DNA of 62,990 nucleotides, the filler included, from Rhabdomonas costata (taxonomy: Eukaryota): the NCBI GenBank assembly GCA_019059605.1. It is 41 parts of 41 records of this genome, joined end to end, with 100 filler letters (N's around TTAATTAATTAA, not from the genome) between each part and the next. Parts side by side here need not be neighbours in the genome. Positions count along the whole stretch, not along the records: positions 13,858 to 15,296 come from JAHMHO010015917.1; positions 15,397 to 16,836 come from JAHMHO010015918.1; positions 16,937 to 18,375 come from JAHMHO010015919.1; positions 18,476 to 19,916 come from JAHMHO010015920.1; positions 20,017 to 21,455 come from JAHMHO010015921.1; positions 21,556 to 22,994 come from JAHMHO010015922.1; positions 23,095 to 24,533 come from JAHMHO010015923.1; 34 more parts are not named here. One strand, given 5' to 3'. The notes beneath the pieces are model-generated. The model worked only from the letters and a program-made list of their open reading frames with translations. It was not told the DNA's origin and made no database searches. Below are positions 13,877 to 24,224 of the stretch, one piece after another. The first letter of the stretch is position 1. Every line of letters begins with the position of its first letter. The position numbers and the translations under genes were made by a program.

Positions 13877-15143
13877 GGTTTCACCCTTGAGTTTCACTTT
13901 TCGGCCAACCCGTTTTTCTCCAACGAGGTTCTCATCAAGACCTACCACTTGATGGAAGAGGAGGAGCTTGTTCTTGACCGTGCAGAAGGGTTTGCATGCT
14001 TTTGGCATCTACTTATCTCAGAAATTCTTACATTCTTGCATTATTGGTTTAATCTGAAAAATCCAAACGTTTGAAAAGTTGTCCAGTAGGAAAAACCTGG
14101 GTATCTTCAAGGCAGGTTTTTTTTGTGTATTTACCCTTTTGACTGGTAAACGGTGGCTTTGTGTCGAGCCACCTTCTGTTTCGCCGGGTGTGTCTTCCAT
14201 CCAGGGGCTTCTCTCTCTTTTGAAGAATCCAAGTTCATTATTCTTTTTCCTTTGTCCTTGTTGTCTTTGGGGTCCTTTGCTGTTTGTGGATTGCTGAGCA
14301 ACTGGGTTTCATTTTTGGCGACTTTTTTTAGATGCGAGATCAGCTGGAAGCAAGGCATGAACCTCACCGTGCAGGTCAAGAAGAAGAAGATAAAGGCAAA
14401 AGGTCAATTGTAGCTTGCTGTTGCTTTGTTGTAGGTTTGTCAACTGTGTTGATTGTTCAGCGCTAGGTCTTTACGTGCGTATCTTTTGGATTGTTCAATC
14501 ATTAAGGGCGAGGGTAAACAGACGCCGCAGTTACCGCACATGCCAAGGGGGCAGTCCACCAGTCGCAGTGAGTGTGCCCACCCCTCCCTGCCCATAAGAA
14601 AAATTAGAAGGTGATAATGCTCATCCAGTGCACACCGTCTTTGAACTGCACCGCTCGGTGGGGAAGGCAAAAGGCATCAGATGCCACAGATGTTTCAAAT
14701 ATCCCTCAATCGTTGTCACTGTCGTCACACCGATCGGGAAAATGCGATGCGCGAAGTGTGTGCAGACGACTTGCAGAAAGTGAATTGCATAAATACAACG
14801 ATATCTTGAGACATGAAGTTCCTTGAAACGGCGTTTTTGTTCCTGGCTGGAGGGCTTTCTCGAGTACACTCAACCATCTCCTGTCATTGTGTCCCCTCCA
14901 GTTTTCTTGAACCGCAGAAACGCATATATTCCAATTTGAGTGGGATATCCGAATGGAGCGTCGTCTCGATACGAAGCTGCCATTAAATTTTTGCCATTTA
15001 CGTCACAACGGCGCAGACGCTCATGCTGTGTTACAGGCAAGCCTGCACGCGTTGTCACCAAGGAGGAGCCGTGCGAAAGCTTCTTCAACTTTTTCAAGCC
15101 CCCTCAGCTCCCTGAGGACGAGGACGAAGATGAAGAAGACGAG
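13877..15143 (+). CDS. NAP1: Nucleosome assembly protein 1 (partial, 3 exons)
   Basis: Exons 13877-13989, 14332-14402 and 15037-15143 with GT-AG introns give GFTLEFHFSANPFFSNEVLIKTY...AEG/CEISWKQGMNLTV..KKKK/...PCESFFNFFKPP plus an acidic tract. Confidence 0.95.
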
Positions 15144-15185
15144 GTTATCTTCCATGGCGCCTCTTTTTTGTGGGGCTCATTCGAC

Positions 15186-15294
15186 GGTTGCGGAACGAAA
15201 CCCTTTTCTGTACGAAGAACGTGAATGCACAGCCTGTCCTGCACAGCCTGTGCATTCACGTTCTTCGTACAGAAAAGGGTTTCGTTCCACAACC
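15186..15294. other. Fold-back amplification chimera at contig end
   Basis: 47-bp inverted arms (15186-15232 / 15248-15294). The only mismatch lies in the terminal primer-like bases. Confidence 0.85.
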
Positions 15295-15626
15295 ACNNNN
15301 NNNNNNNNNNNNNNNNNNNNNNNNNNNNNNNNNNNNNNNNTTAATTAATTAANNNNNNNNNNNNNNNNNNNNNNNNNNNNNNNNNNNNNNNNNNNNGTGT
15401 TAACGATCTGGATCTGCGTGGGGATGGCTCTCCCTAATTTCGCCGACCACCATACCACAAAACCAGCACCTGGCAAATGGCACCTTGAACTCTCTCTTGG
15501 GGCTTCGTTGGAACCCGTAGACTAGTGGGTCCTATAGGTGTCGTTCACTTCTTGTGAGGGAGCCTAAGTGTCGGTGTCGTGGGTGCCAGCGCCTTTTTCT
15601 TGCCCCTGCCCATCGTTTCTGCTCAG

Positions 15627-16380
15627 GAGCTGCACCGGCAGTTCGAGGGCACGGGGCGTTCCGCCACTGCAGTGTGCCCCGGGGCCATGAACACAGCCAT
15701 TGCTAGGCACTGTCCGTGGCCGCTTTCCGGTTTGCGTGTGTGTCTCCGCCCTCTCTCGACCTCTTGAAAGTCTAACAAGGAAGAAGCACCCTTCTCTGAA
15801 GTCTATGTCGCAATGCCCACTCACAGAGAGATTTCTACGGGATTTCCGGATTTCTAATGGATAGCCGGCTCACAAGATTCACCAAAGCGCTACAGACTGC
15901 GGTAGCGGACCGTGGACTGTCACCCTGTCTCAGCATCCAGAACGCCAACTTCCGTCTTGCACCTGGTCCTACCATTTGTATGCACCGCTGTTCCACACTT
16001 TTTAGTCCGTCTGTAATCACATACCAAGACCAATTGTTGCGGCAGACGTAGTTGAGGGGTACCCTTTGGTTTGTTATCTTACCCCCCCTCCCCAGCGGCA
16101 GTCGCCTTTCCTTAACACTCTTCTTTTAGTTGTTCTAAGGCCTGTGATGCAGTGCTTCTTCAAGTCCCCGCGGCGGACAGCACGGCGGATTGTGGTTCCC
16201 CTGGCCACCTCGCCTCACGTCTCGCTGTACTACCACATTGCCACAGCGAAGCCCGCCCGTAGGGACGCCTGCGACCCCAAGCTCGGAGCCTTGCTGTGGC
16301 AGGAGAGCGTGCAGCTGCAGCAAAGGATGCTTGAGACGCCCACTTCCGAAACGTCAGAACCCGCGAAGGGACAGAAGTGA
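15627..16380 (+). CDS. Short-chain dehydrogenase/reductase (retinol dehydrogenase/WWOX-like), C-terminal exons
   Basis: Exons 15627-15739 and 16140-16380 give ELHRQFEGTGRSATAVCPGAMNTAIARHCPWPLSGLRV/PVMQCFFKSP...ACDPKLGALLWQES...*. Confidence 0.8.
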
Positions 16381-16936
16381 CCTGGGTGCTATCCGGAAGG
16401 TTTACACATCTGTGTAATCTGTGGGGGCCAGCTAAACAATGCGGCTCAGCTGGGGCGAGTGGTTTTTTGGCTGCGGTTTGGACTTGACATTGTATCCTAG
16501 CAGGATACCACACCGTCTGCCCTTTCAGCGGCGGAGGTTGCCAGCTGCCAGCATTTGGCAAGCTCTTCCAGGTTAGGGTTCCGGATTAACTGGGTTTCTG
16601 TGGAAGCAGAGTGCTATCGTAATTTCACCAAGGCAGACCTGTGGGTTCTTTTCGATTCCAGCTGGGGCAGATGTTCTCAATCCTGTGTTGCACGCGTTGC
16701 TGTCGGTTGTTCAGCTAAGGTGCACAGCATTCACCACGGCACTAATCTTGGATTCCCTCGACGCCCCTTCTCTGCTTTCCAGTTTCCAGTCCATCTGTGT
16801 TTACTTCCCTGTTCCATTTTGTACCCCACCCCAACANNNNNNNNNNNNNNNNNNNNNNNNNNNNNNNNNNNNNNNNNNNNTTAATTAATTAANNNNNNNN
16901 NNNNNNNNNNNNNNNNNNNNNNNNNNNNNNNNNNNN

Positions 16937-18362
16937 TGACTACGAGAACTCGGGAGGCATCATCGCTGTACAGAAGGGGCGAAGGAGAAGCGGCCCTTCG
17001 AACAGGAGGCACCCCTTGCTCGCCTCCCATACCTACCGGCACACTGGCCATTGCCCTAGCCTTGTAAAACCTGTACTCATCGTCGCTGCTAAAGTCTCGC
17101 AGGAGCACCCCGGCGCTGGCTTGGATGCGGTTGCGCTCGTTCTCCCACAGCCGGACTTGGGCCACGACGGTCTCTGGGAGGACGTCCACCCCAGCAGCCG
17201 TGACTCGTGCCCGAACCATCTGAGGGTGAGCTCTTTGCCTGAGGTAACTCAGCAGCTGGGCTGCGGTGATACCGGCCCGAAGAGCGCCCAGGACACTGTC
17301 ACGGGTTAGCAGCCCCACCACCAGGCCAGGAAGCTCGTACTGCAGGTCCACGAAGGTGTTTAACAGGGCAACCTGGGAGTGGGCAAGACACACAAGCCCT
17401 TAGACTTAGAGGCAGTATAAATGGACCTGCACAGAGGGACCCAGATAGTATTTCGACGTCCAAGTGACAGGGAAGCCGAGAAGAAGAGAGAGTCAAGGAT
17501 TCAGCGATGTGAAAAGGTCAATCCTCCCTCCAGTCCAGTTCACCCAGTTTAGAAGTTCACTTCTTCATTTCAGTTCGATCGGAGGTAGGGATCTCAAGAT
17601 TAGATAAAACTCTGCGCCTCGGCGGCAGTTGAAAATGACTATTCTGATCACCAACCGGGGAAGACGCTGGAACTCTGAGGAGTTCGTTCAGGCCTGTCCT
17701 TTCTTTCCCCTCTCCCTCTCCGCCGCCGCAGAGGTCAGCGCAGAAAAAAATCGCAGGCTTTAAAAGGCCCAATCATATAAGCTCAATTCAATCGGATCCA
17801 ATTCGTTTCATCGGAGCCAACAGTCTTAAATCCTGTCCGCCCTGTGCATGCCTGCAAGGGATTCGACGTGTACACGTAGATGCGATAGTTGGTCTCAACA
17901 ATGATGAAACCTTGCACCGCACCCTCTTCCGATGAAGTGTTTTGCCCACCCGTCGCCCTGTTGTTGCCCCCGCCACGAAACAGAGGCCGGAAGGGGTCGG
18001 AGGGTCGGCTGAAGTTCAACCCCAAGGCAGTTACGAAGAATCGAGCAAACTTCCCGTCTCGGCGAGGAGGCGCATACGTCATTCCCAAATCCGCCAGATC
18101 ACGGACCAAAAGCCTTTGGGTTGGACTCAAGGCGGCAACGGAGTAGCCAACGCCAGGGGTCGCAAAACCAAACCGAAAAAGCAGCTGTATAGCTTCCACT
18201 TGACTGGCTCCCTGAAAGACAGAAAATCCAACAAGTGACCACAGCGAAATCGACCAAATTAACGGCCACGTAACACACGGTTCTTAGCGCTCATACCTCC
18301 TGGTTCTGAACCACCTCGAGAATGTACTGCCGAACAAGGATCCACAGCTGGCTGTAAACATC
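16937..18362 (-). CDS. GTF2H4: TFIIH p52 subunit (Tfb2/GTF2H4), partial, 3 exons
   Basis: Exons 18362-18297, 18211-17852 and 17372-16937 give D.YSQLW..V.QY...GFIIVETNYRIYVYTSNPLQ/VALLNTFVDLQYELPGLVVGLLTRDSV.GAL..GITA.Q...AHPQM...LPETVVAQVRLWENERNR. The second intron is GC-AG. Confidence 0.95.
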
Positions 18363-18677
18363 TTTCAAAAAAAACNNNNNNNNNNNNNNNNNNNNNNNNN
18401 NNNNNNNNNNNNNNNNNNNTTAATTAATTAANNNNNNNNNNNNNNNNNNNNNNNNNNNNNNNNNNNNNNNNNNNNTTGTTACGAGCGTTTTAAAGGAAAA
18501 AGAGCGATTTTTTTTTTGGGGGGGGGGCGGTGTTCGGGTTTTTGTTTTATCCTTTTGGTCATCCCAAAAGGATAAAGTTTTTTGCGTGATCGTGGTTCGA
18601 AAATTTAAATCGTCGGGTTTTTTCAATCAGATAGCCCAGCCATATTAAGCTGGGGCTTGATGGACCTAAGGAGTCTT

Positions 18678-18725
18678 GAAACAGACACAGAAACAGACAC
18701 AGAAACAGACACAGAAACAGACACA
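18678..18725 (+). repeat. Minisatellite (GAAACAGACACA)4
   Basis: Four exact tandem 12-mers. Confidence 0.95.
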
Positions 18726-20521
18726 ACAAGAAAACGTTGACTACAAGCACGGCACTCCGGCATAAACATAGCTCTCCTTGCAGTGGTTGGGGTTGCGGCA
18801 CTAACAAACAATTTGCAAGAAGAAACGCTAGAGAAATATGAGGGGGGAAAGCAAACTAAAAGGACTGAAACGGGAGTGACAAGTCTGAGAGGGGGGAGGG
18901 GAAAACGGGATGATCCAAGAATACGGCACCAGAGAAGCACGGAAGCAGACCAATGACAGCCTGATAGAGCAAATCGACAGGGAGTAAACACAACACAAAT
19001 CAACACAATCACTGCCTCCAGGGTGCCAAGAGGGCGAGGGAAACGGCACAAACAGGGCACAAGGCCAGGGTGGTGGATTACTTCAAATCTGAACAAAAAA
19101 TTCTGATTCAAACAATGTTTATTTATTTAATTTTTTAAGGAGGCTTCTTTTTATTTTTTAACTCGTTTGGGTCGTCGCACCCCCGGCCCTTAATCACTGC
19201 GAGCATGGTTAAAGCACCTGTAATAAAAACGAGCAAGGTGGGGAACCCGCAAAAGCGGCCTCTATTTCTGCTCACAATATGAAACGCACAGAATCACAAA
19301 ATAAACGTGGGCGGCAAAAGGGAAGAGACGACCACGACGGGGAAGGGTAAATGTAAATCACAGACTTGTAGATGAGAGCATGCCAGCGGGGTGATGGGAG
19401 ACGAGAACTCTGACGGACTTGAGAAACGTTTTCGGAATTGTGCAGATGGGTGCTCTGAAATGTAAAGCAGTACTAAAACTTTGGGTTTACACAGCTATAC
19501 CCAAAAAATGGTGGACACGCGTGACTTTCCTCGTAGGTTTTCTAAAATTATATCCCCAATGTCATCTGCTGTTGCTCAGCACGTGGCATTGTTCGGCTGA
19601 CGAAAAGCGAGACTCAAAGGGCCATTGAGAAGAGTTATAGTATGAGAGCAAAGAACACACCCTGACGCAGACGAGTACACAGAGTGATTTAATAAAAATC
19701 GCGTTATTTTTTGCTGATTAAATCACGATTTTAACACCGTGATTTAATCAGTTTGTTCAAATCATGACAACCCTGCACAAGGCCCGAACCGGATGCAAAG
19801 GACGTGGAAGCAACTGCCTCCAACAGTCTGTAAGACACTCAAAGAAGGGTCGGGAGAACAAGGTTGGCCCCCCACCGAGCCGCCGGGCAACTCCAACGAG
19901 GACCCGGAACAGAATCNNNNNNNNNNNNNNNNNNNNNNNNNNNNNNNNNNNNNNNNNNNNTTAATTAATTAANNNNNNNNNNNNNNNNNNNNNNNNNNNN
20001 NNNNNNNNNNNNNNNNGGTGGGGTGTGGAGAAGGAGATTCTGCAAGCACAGCGAGCAGCGCACGAAACCTTTTCAACGCAGTATCTCCTTCTCCTCACTG
20101 CCCCATAGAATAAGGACAGAGGGAATTCACAAACACTTCGCGAGAGGCACGGTTTTTCAACGTGGAAGGGACATCAGCCAGGTCTCTCAGTTCAAGGACA
20201 AACTAGACACCTCCTAAAGTGTGAGTGGAAAGTGAAAGTGAGTTTGTGCAACAGAAAAGTGTACGAAAGAGTGGTGCGGTTGATTTAGTGTGACAGTTTT
20301 CCAGGGAGAGAGCAGGAAGGAAATCCAGGGCACTTTGCGGCCAGAGCCTTGCCCGAAATCAGATTTTGCGACAAATGAAGTTTCCCACGTTCCCTCCCTT
20401 TCCACCGCAGTCACCTATTTACATGTCACTTTCCCTTCAGTCCAACTCCAACCTGTCCCGAAGTGCGCATTGGCAATTCATAAACTGAAATGATGGCCAC
20501 TTGCACAAAAACAATACTTGC

Positions 20522-20887
20522 TATCAGAGGGAGGTCATCTGACTTGGCATAAAGCTCTTGGACTTGCCCAGCGAGCTCCACCGCATAAGTATTCTGCTTA
20601 AATCTGAGAAGAGTCTCGACTCCGCTGCATTGGAACTCCACGGCTTTGCTGAAGTTCTTTTGCGACAGGTGCCTGGAGAAACGGAGGTAGGAAGCAGGCG
20701 CAACAAAGAACGCACAACATCCTACCAAGCGAGAACCTGCAGCGCAAGAAAGAGAATCTTCCAATGTCAGGGGTGGAGCGAAAGGGAAGGGAAGCACGGG
20801 CGTGAACCTGGCGTAAATCGTCTTGAACTGAAACTGAGCCTCGTAAAACTCGCCCCGCTCACAATGCTCCTCCAGGCGTTTTAGCAT
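20522..20887 (-). CDS. GET4: Golgi-to-ER traffic protein 4 (GET4/TRC35), N-terminal exons
   Basis: Exons 20887-20808 and 20672-~20522 give MLKRLEEHCERGEFYEAQFQFKTIYAR/HLSQKNFSKAVEF..SG..TLLRFKQ...AVELA, matching the GET4 N-terminal 'G.YYEA.Q..RT...R' pattern. Confidence 0.85.
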
Positions 20888-21557
20888 TCTCGAGAGCCAA
20901 GTGTTTGCTGCGCTGGGACTGCGAGGCTTTCACTGGAAACGTCGGAAAAGCAGTGTTGGAAACAGATCGAAACGATAACACAAAGACCAAAAGGAAACAG
21001 TGCTTTTGACAGAGCGCTCCACGGCAATAAAAACACGCCTGCCTTCAAGGGTGAGCACAAGCAACCAGAATTCTAACACCAGCATACCTTTCGCATATGC
21101 CGCGACCTGTCCAATGCCTTTTCATTTGCAAGATGTGGTTGTGGTTCAACCTGCAGTAAATCGCAAGACAAGTTTAGTCGCCATCCCCAGTACTGATGGT
21201 ACGCAGCATGAGCTTGAATGACAGAGCATCAGAGTACTACCACCTACCGAGTTCCACCTTCAATGCGTGAATGAATGCAGGTCTCGTTTTCGCAGAAGCG
21301 AGGTGCCAAACAAAACAGCCTGATTCCTTACCTCCCCACTTAATAAACAATGAGTGGCAAGCCAAAAACCACATTTAGCCATCAAATTCAATGGCAAGGA
21401 TTCTCTCTCTGCAGCAAGATCCCCCACAAAAGGTATTCAGGAATCAAACACAACCNNNNNNNNNNNNNNNNNNNNNNNNNNNNNNNNNNNNNNNNNNNNT
21501 TAATTAATTAANNNNNNNNNNNNNNNNNNNNNNNNNNNNNNNNNNNNNNNNNNNNGT

Positions 21558-21656
21558 GTTGTGGGGAAAACCATCACTGGAGCCTTTGCTCTTCTCCACC
21601 GCAACCCAAGCTGAGAGGAGAAGAGCAAAGGCTCCAGTGATGGTTTTGCCCACAAC
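21558..21656. other. Fold-back amplification chimera at contig start
   Basis: ~40-bp inverted arms. The mismatch (C to G) lies only within the G/T-only leading bases. Confidence 0.85.
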
Positions 21657-22110
21657 TGTGGGATTACTCACCCCTATGCCTGCAGTGCACGCAGTTCAGC
21701 TCTTATTGTCTAGGTGTCATGCGTGAGCAGCCCCACAATTCCCTTGCTGTCGCTTTGGCTCTCTGAGAGGGTGCACCCGTCCATCCATCATCCTCTGCTT
21801 GTGTTTACGAAACTGGAGGAAGACATAGCGGTGGTGATGTGCGCTGGTTGGTCGGTGGTCACGGTGTAACTCACCACAAGGTGGAGGGATTTTTCCAAAC
21901 CCCGCAGCCCAAGGTCAAAAACCTAACCTAAGTGTGCACACCTCAGACCTTCTCCCACCTTGAGCTACAGGGCACATCAACATTTCAAGAACCTTTTGCC
22001 CTCTCCACTAAGGGCCCACCTTTTGGTAGGTGGGTTGTGGGTCATCGGGTCGAAAGGGAGAGGAAACGGAGTGGGTGAGAGGACGGGCAGAAGGCGGGGG
22101 GCATAAACAC

Positions 22111-22740
22111 CTCAGGGGCCAGAAACTCCGTGTGCACCCAATACATTCCCGAGGACAGCGACAGCTCCGAGCTCATCTCCGGGACATTCTCCCAGCTCAG
22201 GTACTCCGCATGCAAGGCCTGCGCGGCCTCCACGATGATGGGGTCAGTGGAGTCCAGCGGAGTGAATAGGCTGAAATTCGCGATGGACAAGGGGTTAGCC
22301 ACGAAGTTGTTGGTTAGCAAGTCGATGTGGGAGTGGCTGAAGAACTGCGGAGGGCGGGCGAGCAGGCAAACAACACAGGGGCACAGGATTCTATAAGCAC
22401 TTCTGCCGATTTTGCCTCTTATCCTTTGGTTCTGGACATCGGCTTGCTATTCAGCCATCTTTCGATGGATCTCCAATGGCTAGTTCTGCTTTTCAATTAC
22501 AATTGGTCATGCAGCTTTGTCGCCCCCCCCCCCCCCCTCTGTGATCTACCTTTCCATGGCTGGCCGCGATGAGGATCCCTGAAGGTAGCGCGTAGGACAC
22601 GAAGATCCGGTCCGCGGGGTTTGTAATGAATGACCGCAGGTGGGCGCTGAGGGTGTAGGTGTCAATGGAAATAGTGACCGTCAGGACGGCCTGCAGGTCC
22701 TTCGTCGGCAAATAGCACATCACATCGACCCGAGGGATGC
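22111..22740 (-). CDS. Extracellular (Cache-like) sensor region of a membrane receptor cyclase/kinase, 2 exons
   Basis: Exons 22740-22550 and 22344-22111 give ...ISIDTYTLSAHLRSFITNPADRIFV...GILIAASHGK/FFSHSHID...LFTPLDSTDPIIVEAAQAL...SWENVP...YWV. From recall, this resembles euglenid receptor adenylate cyclase ectodomains. Confidence 0.6.
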
Positions 22741-23333
22741 CTAATTAGGGAACCAAGACATCGCTGGCCAACCCGGGCAACCCGGAGAAGTGAACCTCGT
22801 CCAGAGGCACACAAAGTCCTAGAAGTCTCTTGCCACCTTGAGTGGATTCAGGCAATCATCTCCCTTTAATCATCGTCATCGCGAATGCCAAAAGTGATCG
22901 TCACAGCGAAGTCTATACCGTGGACGGGCAGGAAAATTGACAGATCCTCACAACTAACCTCAAACACCGCCAAAAACACACAAACACACCTAACNNNNNN
23001 NNNNNNNNNNNNNNNNNNNNNNNNNNNNNNNNNNNNNNTTAATTAATTAANNNNNNNNNNNNNNNNNNNNNNNNNNNNNNNNNNNNNNNNNNNNTGTTTG
23101 TGTTGTCCGTAGATACACCGGTGATCAATTGTGAATAAAATTTACCAGCCTCATCTGAACGGAGGAGATTTCTAGTTTCTCGTGCATGGGAAGGGAACAC
23201 CGAGACCGCAGGTTGGGTATCCGAACCGACCCTTCTCTACAAAACGCAAATGCCATTGCCACCATAAGTCACTGCCAACCAGGAGGATACCTTGAGCCCT
23301 CAATGTGTATGACGAGACGCGTGGGTGGGATAC

Positions 23334-24224
23334 CAGGGGTGATCTTGTAGAGCTGATTGAAGCATGCGAAGATGAACTTATCCACGGGAAGACCGAGCCC
23401 AGGGCGTGTCGCAAGCTCCCCGACGGAAAAGTCTGCGGGGTAGCTCTGGCGGTGGTCATTCACAAAGTAGGAGTGAGGCAGTTGCGCCACCTTCTCCGTG
23501 TACAGGTGGAAGAACCGCCGCGGCGTGGTCTGCGGGAGTGAACAAGGCGTGACCACACGGGGGAACGCAAAGCGGCCAGGAAGCCGAGGGGTTCCAAACC
23601 CAATAAATATTTGCGAAACACATTTCAAACGATTACCTGCGGCAAAGAAAAGCCACTTCAAAGTAACATTCGGGCGCGATATAAGGTCGGATTGCAGGAT
23701 TGATGTTTTGAAGGTATTGTGCAACCTTCAAAAACCAAACCTGACGCAGTCCCCCTCTGTTGTCTTGTCTTTGCGTGCGCTTGGGTGTGTGGAAACTCGA
23801 AAACAATCCCACACAAAGATTGTGCAAACCTTTCTTTGAAAGTACTTAAATGGATGCGCGCTAATCCGTGTATGTATGTATGTATGTTCCTATGCGAAGC
23901 GCAACACAGTTGTAAAAGGGTGCCTCGCATCACCATTTGCTGTTTCCGTGTTGAAAACCACGGCGTAGGAAGTACTGAAGTGAGGGCATATGCGGATACG
24001 TGCTACGACACATCCCATTGCGAGTTGCTTCCGTAGGCAAAGTCCAAAGAAAGGGCAACAACGGAAATAACTGCTGTTCTGACATTCCCAACTCACTGAT
24101 ACCCAAATTAGCGCCCTGTTAATCCGTTTGACGCGTCGTGAAAAGGCCAGCGTACCACGTGGTCAGTGATGATGTAGTCAATGAAGCTTGCCCCCATTGT
24201 GCCGGCGTACCCCATGTAAGAGAC
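23334..24224 (-). CDS. OGT: O-GlcNAc transferase (GT41, SEC/OGT type) catalytic region, 2 exons
   Basis: Exons 24224-24156 and 23529-23334 give VSYMGYAGTMGASFIDYIITDHV/TTP...YTEKVAQLPHSYFVNDH...R..LGLP.DKFIFACFNQLYKITP. Confidence 0.92.

Noticed and set aside
15740..16139. Possible extra SDR micro-exon (DFYGISGFLM) needing GG/GA donors
   Set aside because: A single canonical intron gives a well-formed SDR sequence without it.
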